A DNA stretch of 64,000 nt. Origin: Selaginella moellendorffii (lineage: Eukaryota; Plantae; Lycopodiophyta). The notes beneath the pieces were generated by a model that worked only from the letters and a program-made list of their open reading frames with translations, did no database searches and was not told the DNA's origin. The position numbers and the translations under genes were made by a program. Location of the stretch: contig NW_003314279.1 in the NCBI RefSeq assembly GCF_000143415.4, positions 124,001-188,000 of the forward strand, given 5' to 3'. Positions 46,893 through 59,725 of the stretch are shown in pieces (positions within the stretch are counted from its first letter, which is position 1; each line of letters begins with the position of its first letter).

Positions 46893-49800
46893 GTCATGAC
46901 TAGCCTGGTATATTTGTAACACCTCGAGCCGCCGTTGATGCTGTAGGTGACGACGCGCTCATGTCGCCATGAAGCGCCAGGCCTGCTCGAGATCCCCCGC
47001 TTTGCACAAGCTATCGATCAGAGCTGGTTGTAAGTCGCCACGTCGGGGGATGGAGCGATCCCAACATGGGCAATGTGAGCTACGCGGATTGGGCGCGATC
47101 AAGCATCGCTTCCACGTCAGGGATTCTTCTCTTCCATCGCTCTTCCTCTCCTCCTCGCCATTCGTCCTCCTTGCGGCGCTCTGCAGCCTGCTTGTCGAAG
47201 TCTTTCCATCGCTGCTTGCGATGGAAATGCGAGCAGTGTGTGAGATTGGATGAATTGGAACAAGGGATTTTTGAAATATCACTTGGATGACAGAATCCCC
47301 AGCGTTGGAATTTTTAGGAAGCAACGAGCGTTTGGATTTGGAGCATCGCTCCACTTTGTGGAGGCATCGGCAATGCCGCAAGAGAATTTGCAAAGCTATA
47401 AGAGGTAAGACGTTAGCTTGCTGTCGTTTGCTTCCCCCAGGATCAGACCGATTAGAAGAACGAGATGGGAAGAGGGGATTAGAGGAACGAGAAGAACAGG
47501 GACTGGGCCTGGAGCAACGGGTAGAACACGTTGAAGGCCTGTTGCAACTAGAAGAAGAACAGGTTGAAGGCCTCGAGGGCGATCAAGGGCTGGAAGCAAA
47601 AGGACTGGAAGCTGAGAAAAGCAACGAGAAGAAGAACAGGTTCAAGACCTCGAGGGCAATCAAGGGCTGGAAGCTGATGGAGCAGAGGTTCATGGCATAG
47701 GAGGGTGTGTTGACATTGTCAAAAGATACGAGTGGAGTGTCAATAGATGAAGCAATACACTGGAAGTTAGCAATTGTTGATCTGCTTGGGTCTCCAGGAA
47801 TCACGCAACAATCAGGAATAACTTGTATATAGAGTGTGAAAGACTCATGAATATATACTCGTTTTTTCTCTTCATGGTATTAGGTTTGTGGCTCATTACT
47901 TTTCCTTTCTTTGTTCCTGTTTCTTGCTCTTGATTGTTGATGGAGCGATTGGCTGCTACCATTTGATGGCTCAAGGTGTTTTTGCTATTGGATAGGGTGC
48001 TTATTCTTCAGCCATTGAGTCCACTTGTAATAGCAATATTGCTACTACGATTAATCAGGAGTAAACTGCTCGAGCCATCATCAAATTGAAGCTAGTAGAA
48101 CATCTAGCATTTGCAACAAGAGTCTAGTCTGCTGCAGAATTCTGGGAGCCTCCTTGTGTGCTGAGGCCAAGTAGCTGGTGTTGTCAACTCTTCTCCTGCC
48201 AATAAGGATTGTGGAGGTGTACAAAATAGACTGGACATTATTTCATCTGCCTCATCCATTTCATGAGCATGAGAATCTCTATTCTATTCCATTTCTGTCT
48301 TGCGTCCCTTTGCTTCCCAAAAATGGCCCCTCTTTGCAATATAGACATGGTCAATCCTCTCCAGGATTGCTTTTGCATTCCTCCATAAAGACAAACAGTC
48401 TGAGCATAACATGGTACCTCTACATGGTACGCAGATGATATGAGTTCGCACTCTCGTTGCTGAATTGGAGCCATGATACCCACAGAACCTTCATGTCCAC
48501 CTCGCAATTTACATCGTTCTCACAATGGTCCCAAACTTGCAAATTCATTCAGCTTCTGTGTCCTTAGCATTTCGATGTGGTGCCTTCCTTTTAATCCCAT
48601 TCAATGCTGTGAATGGCCTTCCTTCAGACAGCATTAACCTGTTGTCAAATGCCTTCATCCTTCTCTTCTTCATCATTTTCATCTTCTTCTAGCAAGATAT
48701 CTTCCATTGGAGTCCTTGACACGGTTGGTTGTCACTCACTCACATGCATACGCAGCAATGGCACACTGCTGTAATAATCCACTGTCATCCCTACTTTGGA
48801 ATTGGAATGCTTCCCATCCCCCTGTCCCATGCAAAGGAGCTTCCTCCGAACCATCTGGATGCTGAGGATGATGGATGCCCTTGACCTAACTCACCTGACT
48901 GACTCACTTGGGCTGCAAGAAAGGCATTGACACAGTTGATCACTTATGGCACTGTAACCTCATAGCATTGCTGCTGGTTCGAGAGGAGAGGAGCCAAAGG
49001 GACACAATCGAGGACAACAAAAATAAGTGGATTTGAACTCAAGTTCTTTTGGGATTTGGAGGTGACATCCAAACTCAATTCATGTGGAGGTGACTTCCAC
49101 TTGCAGAGTCATGGAGAATAATGCGAAAAATATTCTCAAGATTCTCTTAAAAAGGAATTTATATAAATATATTCCATGTTTTTGTGAGTTCTTACATTTC
49201 ATCATGTACCTGTATTCACGTGTTCTCAGGGCATTTCATCACCTGCCAATCGCTGATTACAAACATTATACGAATCAAAATCAAGAATTGAAAATTATTT
49301 CATGATAGAATTTTATTTTGAATTTTATTTTTTCCCAAGCCTACAAGCACAAATTTCTTGCCATGTGTAACTTTATTAATGTTTTTGCACTTTTCTTATC
49401 CCCATAATCTTAAAAGTGTGCCAATTTGCTATAAAAGCAATTAAAGCAATCAAAATGTGATTGTCACATGGGGTCTTGCCACGTCCGCATTGCCACATAC
49501 TACTGCTCAGTGCATATGAAACCTGGTTGTGTCTGGTTTGCATTATCCTGTGAGTTGTCAAGAAAGCTCAGATACTTCCCAAGGAGGCTCCCCTTCACCT
49601 CGTCAATCTGCTTAGACACTTCATGCTTGACTTGCTAGTTTTGCAGAAAGTTGTTAAATCCCATCGCTTCTCCTTTTGACTAGGGGGTAAGAACAAATCC
49701 AATCGACCTTGTCCTTCTCACTAGCACATACTGATCAAGAGCAAAAAACTAGTTGGCTTGGGATTTTGATGAAGCACGAGAAACAAGAATGGCGATTTTG

Positions 49801-50099
49801 CTTCAGGAATCGATTGGTTAACTTCGCTTCATTTTCAGATTCTGGACGTTTAGGAATGATCCATGGTTTAGAATTCACTGGGATGCCCTAATCTATACAG
49901 AGCTGGCTTGTAGACTTCTTGAAAGCTCTTGTGCTGAAGGGCTCTCCAAGCAAGGTCTTTTAGGATTTGAATCCTAAACCAAACCCTAAATGTGGCAAAT
50001 AATGAAATATATGTGTTATTTGTAAATTAGGCACCACCCACCCCTTTGGAGGTGTACCTCCCCCTCGAATTGACAATCATAAATTAATTGTATACGACG

Positions 50100-52625
50100 C
50101 TGATTCGCAAGAAAAATCAAGTATCTTTACATTGCTCTGGTCTATGGCTCAAATCGATTAGTTTCTTTCTTCATCTTCCAGTGCTGGATGGAAACAGAGG
50201 TCTTTCTGGAGTGGGCATGAAGGAGCGGCCGCCACTGCTGCTGCCCTCCTCTGAATAGGCCTCGAGATCCACCCCCGCCCCGCCCAGCTTCGCCGCTCTC
50301 CTTCTCGCCAGCGACGCCTCCTGCCGCTGCGCGACGTACTTGCGCGTCCGGCACACATAGACCGCAAGAACCACTAAGGCAATCGCGAGGAACAGTCCGA
50401 CCACGATCCCAGCGATCGCCTCGTGCGAGAGCGTGATCGTTTCCTTGCTGGATTTGGATTTCTCCAGTAGCCACCGTCGTCCAATCGACCCAATCGCTGG
50501 CTGGATCATCCGCTGGATCGATCCAGGAGCTTCATACCCGTATTGGGTGACCTCATAGGATGAATCTACACCGCTGCTACAACCGCCGCCTGGGATCCAG
50601 ATCGCAAGCAGCAGGAATAGAGAAAGAAGAAGAAGCAAGCCGCTCCTCTGAGTTGGCGCTACCTCTCCGCCAAATAGCACCATTTTCGTGATCCTGCGTG
50701 TATAGGGATGTGTTCCTTGCCTATTTCTCGAGCTCTCAAGTAGAATGGAAGTTTGGGCGATTTTATCATTTATATAGGAAAAAGACCCTCTTGACCTACA
50801 ATACATAACGCGACTAGTTCAAAGTCTTCTTGTGAATAGCGCGTCATACGTGGGGCCTTTGACGCTTGTGCTTCGCCTAGACTTTGAAGTTGGCAGAACT
50901 TTTCTTATGTGAATTTCTTCTTCCTAAACCCTAAATAATCAAAGTGATTTCATGGCAAGATCGCTTGTGATCTGCAAAGAAAGAAGGAATCTTTATAGAT
51001 CAGTCTGCCTTGCCTCAAAAATCCACATTGCTTGCCGTGAGCTGAGATGCATTTCGTAAATTTTTTTAAGCCCGGGCCCCATTTTCATTATAGGTTGGAG
51101 GGCAAAGCGTGGAGGTGGATGATTACACAGAGGAGCAGGATATAATCTCCAGCATTCTCCACCGTGCCAAGTACAAGGCTCCCAGCTGCCTCAAGGAACT
51201 CACTGTTGTGCTCGAGTATAGCAAGGATGGTGATGACCAGATAGTCACTGCTGTTGGCTCCCTCACAAAGCTCTCCCTCGAAGCTCTCCATGGGACCAAA
51301 TGGGGAGCAGTGTACTCCACCGCGATTCAGGAGGTCCACATCACTGGGAGACCATGTTGGGGGGTGTGGGATCTTGTATGTAGAGACACATCCTCGCGCT
51401 TGGTGACACCTCCGGGCACAAATGACTGTAACACAAATCAATCAGTAAGATTTAACAAAGAAAAAAAACCAAAGAAGAATAGTCAAGATCCACATGAAGA
51501 AATAGTTGTATTGTCTCCAGATTAACAAAGAAAAGAGACTATCCATGGTCATCTTGTGTTCACTGTCAATGCATTGGAGCAAGCCTCAAAACCATAGGCG
51601 AGACTGGGAGAGATTGGCGATGGCATCCACCTCATATAACGCCAACTTACGAAGGTTGTCACATCGCATGTCCACAACGCAAGAGTTACACTGTTCAAAA
51701 CCTCTAGGCTCGGGCACGAAGCTAGCAGCATCTGGAGCAGCGCATGGGGGACGTAAGAGTAGAGCTCACATCTTTTTACACGAATCATCTTGAAAAGAGA
51801 TCTAAGGCAAGAAAGAATCATGGCTGTCCACTCTTGATAGGAAAGATCAACGCAAAACACTCAAATGAAACGCAGACCAGTACAACCCTGTCTTGGATTC
51901 GATCGAAAACCCATCGAGCCTCCATTGCCGCATTTCCCATACATGTTGATCAAGCTACTGGCCACACGAGGATTGGATTGGAGTCATATCCTGTGTGGAT
52001 GTGGATCCTCCTCCCTCTCTCCAAATCCCTGGCGCCGGTGCAGGATTTCATGCTGTGACACTTGCCTTGACTCTTACCATAAACTTTTCTCTCTATTTCA
52101 AAGAGGTAGGAGCGAGAAGAACTCCAGTCTCCTCTCCATGTGGCGGTAGCTCCAGTGGAACCTGTGCAGAAAACTCACAAGGACGAGCATCAACATCGTG
52201 ACTCGCAAAACCACAAGAGGTACCAATTCATCTTTCGTGAAAGTTAGTAGTCATGCAGTTGATTTTCAATAAGAACTTGACAAAGATCAGGCATTGCTAC
52301 TTCTCACGCGTGAAAAATGCGACCAGGAAAAAAGAAGAGCAAGTCGAACAGCACCCGGTAGCATTCGTAGCTTGGCTTCAGTGCCAGGAGTTCCCAGTCG
52401 GCCACAACTTGGCTGCAGTGAATCACGATGTCTTCCACTTGATGAACTCCAAGTAAATCCTTGAGAACCATCACGGTGGGCGGTGTGGGATCTTGCACGT
52501 GAAGATGAACAGCCACATCCTTACGCTTGGTGACACCTCCAAGCTCCCTCAGTTAACAGCGAACACAAGATGACCATGGACAGTCTCTTCTCTTTGTTTG
52601 GCTTTGGAGACAATACATACTGACT
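50100..52625. repeat. Direct duplicate of about 44085-46620
   Basis: Colinear near-identical sequence. Confidence 0.9.
50171..50683 (-). CDS. Unknown small type-I membrane protein, copy 3
   Basis: Intact ORF near-identical to copy 2. Confidence 0.75.
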   Translation of the reverse strand: MVLFGGEVAPTQRSGLLLLLSLFLLLAIWIPGGGCSSGVDSSYEVTQYGYEAPGSIQRMIQPAIGSIGRRWLLEKSKSSKETITLSHEAIAGIVVGLFLAIALVVLAVYVCRTRKYVAQRQEASLARRRAAKLGGAGVDLEAYSEEGSSSGGRSFMPTPERPLFPSSTGR

Positions 52626-52892
52626 GCAGGTTCGATCTGTGTTGCAGTCAGTTGTGCCTGGAGGTGTCACCAAGTGCAAGGATATGACTGTTCATCTTCA
52701 CGTGCATGATTCCACACCACCCAACGTGATGGTTCTCAAGGATTTACTTGGACTTCATCAAGTAAAAGAGGTTGTGATTCACTGCAGCGAAGTTGTGGCG
52801 AACTGGTCACTAAAGCCACGCTACGAATGCTTCCGGGTGCTGTTAGACTTGCTCTTTTTCCTTCCTGGTCGCATTTCTTTCGCGCGTGAGAA
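52301..52892. repeat. Long inverted repeat, arms about 52301-52541 and 52659-52892, loop about 117 bp
   Basis: ccaagtaaatccttgagaaccatcacg pairs with cgtgatggttctcaaggatttacttgg, and tgcacgtgaagatgaacag pairs with ctgttcatcttcacgtgca. Confidence 0.9.
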
Positions 52893-53048
52893 ACTGCATC
52901 ACTGGCTCTATTAGTTCGCAATGCCTGAGCCTACACGAATCGGGCAACGTATCACCTCTTGTAGTTTCTAAATCAAACAAAACGTTTGCGAAGTACTTCC
53001 TAGACTGTAATAGCTTCTTTTGTGATTTGTTTGTAAGGAAGGGTATTC

Positions 53049-55571
53049 TTATACACAAACTTCACCGGATACTTCGTCTGTACAAGTTTTTCCTGCCAAA
53101 GAACCTTTTTCCACCCTTGCAGCGCACAGAGATAGAGCAGCCGCGGCTGGAGAAGAAGCCTCAAATTCTTTGATCATGGCCTTGACGTCGTCTAGCTTTC
53201 CCGACCGGCAAACCCAGTCGAGGATGGAGCTGCAAGTGGTGGCGTCCGGCAGCATCCCCTTGCCCAGCACCACTCGCAGCAGCTCCATCGTCCCGGCCAA
53301 GTTCCCAGATCTGTGGAGACCACTGAAGCAAGCCGCGAAGGTGAACGAGTCCGGCTGGTGACCCTTGCCGACCATCTCCTCAAGAACAGTGATCGCCTGC
53401 TCGGTCTGGCCCGACTTCCACAGCCCGTCCACGAGGATGTTGTAAGTCACGGTGTCGGGATCCCAGCCAAAGCTCTTAAGCTCGCTCACGAGCTGGAGAG
53501 CGTCGTCGGTTCTCGAGGCCCGGCAGAGCGCGTAGACGAGCGAGCCGTAAGTGATGGAGTCGGGCACGCAGCCGGAGCTCACCATCTCCTCCAGGAACTG
53601 GCAGGCCTCCTCGATCCGGCCCGACTTGCACAGGCCGTGGACAAGCGCGTTGTAAGTCACCACGTTTGGAGGAACTCCCAGATTCCCCATGAGATCGAGG
53701 ATGTCCCGCGCGGCCTCCACCTGTCCCGCCTTGCACAGCCCGTCGATGAGCGCCCCGAAAGTCATCACGTCCGGCTGCAAGTTCTTGGCCACCATCTCCT
53801 CGAAGAGCGCGGATGCCTGCTCGAAGTTGCCGGCCTTGCAAGCCCCCGCGATAAGAATGTTGAAGGTGACTTTGTCAGGCACGAGCTCCAGCTCCAGCAT
53901 CCGGTTGTAGACCTGGAGCGCTCTCGACACGTCCCCGAGCTTGGAAAGTCCGTTGATACAGCAGTTGAAAGCGTACGTGTCCGGGTCGGGCATGGCGTCG
54001 AGCAGCGCCTCGGCCTGACCCGCCCGCCCCGTCCGGAAGAGACCATCGATCAAGGTGCAGTACGTGATCTTGTCCGGGACCAGGCCGTGCTTGAGCGCCA
54101 TGTCGTCGAACATCTGGAAGGCCTCGCCCGATCGGTCCGACTTGCAGAGTCCATCGATGATCGAGTTGAAAGTCACCACGTTTGGCGTGCATCCCCGCGA
54201 CGCCATGCCGTGGAGGAGCTCCAGAGCCTCGTCGACGCGGGAGGCCTTGCAAAAGGCGTCCACCAGGACGCTGTAGGTGATCACGTCCGGGGTGACGCCC
54301 TTGTCCACCATACTCTCGATCATGGCGTGGGCTCTCTCCATCTTGTCCGCCTTGCACAGCCCGTTCACGAGCGCGTTGTAGGTGATAACGTTCGGAACGT
54401 AGCCACCCGCGATCATGTCGTCGAAGACGCTGCAAGCCTCGTCGATCTGGCCACACTTGCACAGCCCGTCGATCAGCGTGCTGAAAGTCACGGTGTCTGG
54501 AGAGACTCTCAAGCTCCCATCTCGCAAGCTCCTCATCAGCTCGCACGCCTCGGCCGTCATGGACTGCTTGCAAAGGCCGTCGAGGAACGAGTTGTAAGTG
54601 ATGATGTTTGGAAGAACGTCGCAGCTCTTCCGCGTCATCTCCTGGATGAGCTCTCGCGCCTCGTCGATCCGGCCGACCTTGCACAGCCCGTTGATGAGCA
54701 CGCTGTAGGTGACGACGTTTGGGACGCAACTTCGAGAGCTCATGTCGCCATGGAGCCGCCGTGCCTCCTCCAGATCCCCGGCTTTGCACAAGCTATCGAT
54801 CAGCGTGTTGTAAGTCACCACGTCGGGGTGGTGGCCTCTCTCCACGAGCTCCTCGAAGAGCTCCATCCCTGCGCCAAGCTCGTTGCTCTTGCACAGCCCA
54901 TTGATGATCGTGTTGTAAGTCACGATGGTGGGAGCTACGCCGTCGCGAGCCATCTCCCCACGGAAGATCTCCAGCGCGCGGGCGGTCTCGCCGGCGCGGC
55001 ACAGCGACTGGAGCACGATGTTGTAGTCCGCAACCGAGCGCGAGGAGCTCCGGATCCGGCGGAAGAAGCCGAGAGTCCTCTCGACGTCGCCGCCGGCCTT
55101 GTAAGTCGCGCGGAGGAGCGTGCTGTAGGTGAAGTGATTGGGGCGGCAGCGTGGCGGGAGGCGCGAGCGGAAGAGATCGATGGCCTTGGCGGGGGAGCCT
55201 GACTTGACGAGGAGATTGAGGTACTTGTTGAAGGAGAAGATGGTGTGCTTGAAACCCGGGAGAGCCGCGGCCCAGTCGTAGAACTGGGTGCCAAGCTCGG
55301 CATTGCCGTCGAGCTGGGCGAGAATGGCGGCCGCGACGGAGGGGTGGAGGCGGCCCTTGCAGCCGCGGAGGGCGGCGACGACGCTCTGGCCTGGCCTCAG
55401 CGATTCCAGCGCCTCGGAGATTGATCGGGGATCCTCGGCGAGTAGCGGCTTGCAATTACCTGCTGCGCTTCCTCCTCCTCCTCGGCGGGGATTTGGCGAT
55501 GGCGAGGGTTGTGGCGCTACGATGCATTGTGAGGCAGCAGCGCCATGGCTGCCGCTCACAACGCCACACAT
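53049..55571 (-). CDS. P-class pentatricopeptide repeat protein, intronless
   Basis: Many canonical P repeats (PNVVTYNALVNGLCK...). Start uncertain; the first in-frame ATG is at 55571. Confidence 0.92.
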   Translation of the reverse strand: MCGVVSGSHGAAASQCIVAPQPSPSPNPRRGGGGSAAGNCKPLLAEDPRSISEALESLRPGQSVVAALRGCKGRLHPSVAAAILAQLDGNAELGTQFYDWAAALPGFKHTIFSFNKYLNLLVKSGSPAKAIDLFRSRLPPRCRPNHFTYSTLLRATYKAGGDVERTLGFFRRIRSSSRSVADYNIVLQSLCRAGETARALEIFRGEMARDGVAPTIVTYNTIINGLCKSNELGAGMELFEELVERGHHPDVVTYNTLIDSLCKAGDLEEARRLHGDMSSRSCVPNVVTYSVLINGLCKVGRIDEARELIQEMTRKSCDVLPNIITYNSFLDGLCKQSMTAEACELMRSLRDGSLRVSPDTVTFSTLIDGLCKCGQIDEACSVFDDMIAGGYVPNVITYNALVNGLCKADKMERAHAMIESMVDKGVTPDVITYSVLVDAFCKASRVDEALELLHGMASRGCTPNVVTFNSIIDGLCKSDRSGEAFQMFDDMALKHGLVPDKITYCTLIDGLFRTGRAGQAEALLDAMPDPDTYAFNCCINGLSKLGDVSRALQVYNRMLELELVPDKVTFNILIAGACKAGNFEQASALFEEMVAKNLQPDVMTFGALIDGLCKAGQVEAARDILDLMGNLGVPPNVVTYNALVHGLCKSGRIEEACQFLEEMVSSGCVPDSITYGSLVYALCRASRTDDALQLVSELKSFGWDPDTVTYNILVDGLWKSGQTEQAITVLEEMVGKGHQPDSFTFAACFSGLHRSGNLAGTMELLRVVLGKGMLPDATTCSSILDWVCRSGKLDDVKAMIKEFEASSPAAAALSLCAARVEKGSLAGKTCTDEVSGEVCV

Positions 55572-55784
55572 ATGTGATCCGATTGGATAAAATGCCCTAG
55601 GATCACTGGGATATTCTTTGAGCCGTTGCAAGCATATTCGCGGGTCAACCTAAGTTAAATTCAGACCGTCGGATTCTTAAGCTCTACGAACGGCTGGGAT
55701 TGCTCGAGCTCAAGTTTGAAGATGGGAACCAAAGTTATCAAAGAATCTACAGTTAGCCAACTCTAAGTTCTGCGTATCTCGCCT

Positions 55785-58494
55785 TTACAAGTAATGTAAA
55801 ATGTGTGTGCCAGTTGAAGCTTTCAACCGGCAGCTCTGTCCGAGATGGACGTCGCCAAAGACATACCTGTGACATGAGTTTTTTTCAGGTGTAGCTCGAT
55901 TCAACAACGACGCCTACCTGTATTCGCATCGCTGCATCATAGCACACCGTGCTTTGGAGTAGTCCCAGAAGCAATCCTCGTCTCGCATAGGTTCCCTCTT
56001 GGCTGCTTTTCATCGAAGATGAGCGTCGTGTTTTCTACTCTTTAGTCACACTGAAGTTGTACCTTTGGACACAAAACTTCGGGTTGCCTGAGGATGGGAG
56101 TCGTGCAAGATCTCCAGCCAAAGCTCCCTGAGCAGAACCGGAGATCGAACCAAGTTTCTGTGGTCGACTGCACAACCAAGTTACTCCCGACGAACACAAA
56201 TGTAATCCAAGACAACACTTACTCTTGTCGACTTCCCAGACGGCGGTCTTCTTTCCGGGTATGGACAGCGCATCTTCATAGTACGTGATATACTTCATTC
56301 TGTTGTCTCGGCTCACGTTGACAGGAATGTCGCCTCCAGGGCGATGCTCAACGTTGAAAAGCTCTTGGACGTCTGAGCCATCGTGTGCCGTCTTGAAGAT
56401 AGAAAACCGAAACGCGTTTCAACAGCATGTTGCAACAACAGGACAACAATCTTCACCTGAGGAGCCCGCGTCACGTTTACTTGTTCGCCCAGCCATGTCT
56501 TACACCACGAAAGCGAGTTGTATGGCACCTGAAAGTTCCAAGTTACTTTAAACTTCTAGAGCCAAATAGCATCAGATACCGTTGAATCCCCGGTTACAGC
56601 ACTTGGAGATCCTTGCACTTCTACACCCGACCTGCAGAAGAGAACGAACAGTATTTCCTTAAAACAACAGCAACAGCGAAATTTGTATTACCTCGACACA
56701 AGAGTGCCATCCGTCTCATAAAAGACATCTTTCATCATCCAATTGTCTGGAAATGGCCTCCCAGTCGGTGCAAAATGATACCCAACCTGATGATTGCTTG
56801 ATGTTACTTTCCATAAACATCAGGAATGGCTTGTTATTTACCTCCGTTTTCAGATTGACGCCATAGATACAGTACACGTTCTTGATAGGTGGTCTCTCCC
56901 ATGGGGTGAGTGGATTAAGTACAGGATCATCCAAGTAGTATCTGGAAAAAAAGCACGCATGTTAGTTGCGGAGATAAACTCGAACTCGTCCCACACTTCT
57001 TGAGCAGCTCAAATGCGGATTTTCCATCTGCGTCAATATCCAGGTTCTCTAGGAAAATAGTTCCATCTGCTATTTTCTGAGCAGGATAGGTTCGCTGAAA
57101 AGGAAGAGAACACTCTGGTAAAGTTGGTAACGGGTTCAACTCCAAAGAGACACCTGAGAAAGAAGAGAGGATGAAAAACAGTAAAAAAGAGTTGGAAAGC
57201 TTTACACGTCTTTACCAGCATCCATCGGCACGTCGATCTTAAGAACGTCCATAGGCCAGCTGAAAGCATCGTCCTCATTGCAGGAATCTCGCCCTGTACA
57301 GCAGCATGCTTTCGTCGGGGGAACACAGCTCGGAGAAAATGGTAGCATCCATAATCCCGAGCTGAAAGTTGAAAGCATCGACCTGGCCGTCCCCTGATAC
57401 GATCATGAGAAAAAACAATCAGCAAAACAAAGCTCCAAACCTCGGCAATAGGAAGCCCAAATGTCACTCCAGATAGCCACCCTTTCACTGTTTCTGCAGC
57501 TCCCAGGAATGGCGCACCTGCGATAGAAGAAACCAGCTGAGAAACGCCAACACAAAAGCACAGTTCCATCGCATCGCACCAAGAGCATGATATGCGAATA
57601 TGTGATCATCGATCCACATCAAGTAGTCCTTTGGAGCAATCTCTTGCTTGAGCCACTCCAAAAAATACCGAAACACGTTGTTCCCGAGCGAGTGAGCGAA
57701 GACGAGCGACGGGCCCCCTCGAAGCTTTCGACATGTTTCGAAAGTTAGCCTGGACGAGAAAGTAGTTGTCAGCTCCAAGAACAAGGAACTAGAACAAGAA
57801 CGAGAAGTTTCTCAAACCTTAGCCTGTGAAAGTAGAGGTCTCGTGCCTCAAGAGCAGACCCCGCGAGCCTCCAGTCATACGGTGCCGCGACGATAGACTC
57901 CGCCTCGATTCCAAATTCTACGCACCAAGCAACCCAGTCCTTCCAGACCGAGGAAAGAGGCCCTGAGAGAAAAAAGAAGACCAAACAAGCAAAAGACCAT
58001 ACAGCTCTACGACTCAATCGAGATATAGAAAGAACTCTCCTCCTCTTACCAGTGATATAGCCTGGATCAAGCTCGCTGATCGCGGCGATGCCACTGTCGG
58101 GTCGCGATTTACACTCTGGATGATCCGTCTGGTTCACGGGATCCAGCACCATGCACTTCATCCAGCAGTATGGGACCGACAAGACCTGTGCGAGCACCAT
58201 CAATCATTGCTAGTATATAGAAAGCTCGCGACCAAACTAAGAAGAGTGGGAGCTCACCTTTCTAGTGTCGAGCCACACCGGGTCTAGCGGGTTGAAATTG
58301 AGCGGCGAGAAGGGGCAATCCAGCAGCGACCACGAGCGGAGGCGCGTGGACATGAATCCGGGGATGATGACGCCCGAGAATTTGCGATGGTGCTCATCGG
58401 TGCCCCAGTTCCTGGCGTCCACGCCGGCTCCCAGCGCGATCGGCGATAACCCTAGGCCGAGGAGGAGGAGGAGGAAGAGGAGGAGCGGCGCCAT
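55785..58494 (-). CDS. PSAT1: Phospholipid:sterol O-acyltransferase (LCAT family), multi-exon
   Basis: SGVIIPGFMSTRLRSWSLLDCP, CKSRPDSGIAAISELDPGYITGPLSSVW, PYDWRL, VFAHSLGNNVFRYFLEWL and PWERPPIKNVYCIYG. Confidence 0.93.
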
Positions 58495-58729
58495 TGCCAG
58501 CGCCCGATTGCTGCCAGTACCGCCGCGGCATCGGATCATCGAATGGTACTCGCAGCGACATTCTAACTAGGCTAGCAATTGGAGGGATTGAAAAAAGCGA
58601 GGCCCCTAGGCAAGGGAGGACTTTCAACGATAAAATCGTGTTGGGTTTATGGTATGGCCCATCTCATCCATCTTGCTCTTGGAAGATCTACCATGCCAAC
58701 AACCATTTTAGAGTTTAATCTGGTTTTCT

Positions 58730-59619
58730 ATGACGACTTTGCTCCGTGCTCGCTGCTACTCCACTCAATTCTACTGTCAAGCCCAAGGTAAGATTTTGAT
58801 AGAGCTTTAGAGAGTAGATTTTGTGTTCTTGCAGAGAGTGTGAGGCGAACACGCAGAGAAATCTTGTTCCTGGGCCATGGAATTGCGGCAGCTTCAGCGC
58901 TCTCACTGCCCTCTTCGCCGAGGTCTTATTTTCTTTCCTCGCTGTTCTTCTGGCATAGATTTTTTGCGTTTTGCAGTGCCAGGAAGCTCTACACAAACTT
59001 GGAAGAGGCAAGGGAGGCCGGCGAAGCTCGTCGCGAGGAGAAAGAGAGAGCCCAGGGTCCAATTATAACTCTGCCATCGGGAATAAGGTAAGTTTCTCGA
59101 TCGATCTCGCTCCTTGTCACATCCTTTCATCGATCAGATTTAGAGAACTCGACGCTGGCTCGGGAAGAACAGTGGCCCCCGGCGATGTCGTCTCGGTTCA
59201 ATACGTTATATATCGATTAAACGGGTAAGAGTCCGCTGCCCATGATCTTTCCGAGTCTCACGCATCGAAGAAACAGCATGTATCTTGATTCGCTGGGTTA
59301 CGGGAACGAAGGCAAAGACGACGTTGGAGACGTTCTAACGTTCCAACTGGGTGGAAGAACAGTAAGATGTAATGCTTGGCATGGAGAAAAAAGTGTGACC
59401 TTTTGGAACTTCCAGGTTCCTCGAGCTGTAGAACTCGGCATGGAAGGCATGAAGCTCGGGGGAAAGCGGAGAATTCTTGTCAATCCAGACTTGGGCTGGA
59501 CCCAAGAATCAATGCAGCCTCAGCCAACAACAGCCGCAGCTGGACGGAGGCTGATGAATAGCTTCCAGAAACCATTGCTGTTCGAGATCGAGCTGGTGAA
59601 GATTAGTGACGGAACTTGA
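58730..59619 (+). CDS. Chloroplast thylakoid-lumen FKBP-type PPIase-like protein, multi-exon
   Basis: Bipartite leader with RRTRREILFL (Tat-like), then LPSGIRFRELDAGSG, GMEGMKLGGKRRILV and LLFEIELVKI. Confidence 0.85.
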
Positions 59620-59725
59620 TCATGAAAACCCATGTAAAAGTTCATCACGTTGTATGTGCTTAGAAACATTCTATCCCGCAAACTCCAGCATTGAAGTTCT
59701 ACACAGCATGAAATCCACGAACTAT

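Noticed and set aside
53313-55202. 629-aa + strand ORF (also 40608-41459 and 7683-8468)
   Set aside because: Antisense shadows of PPR genes; their periodicity mirrors the PPR repeats
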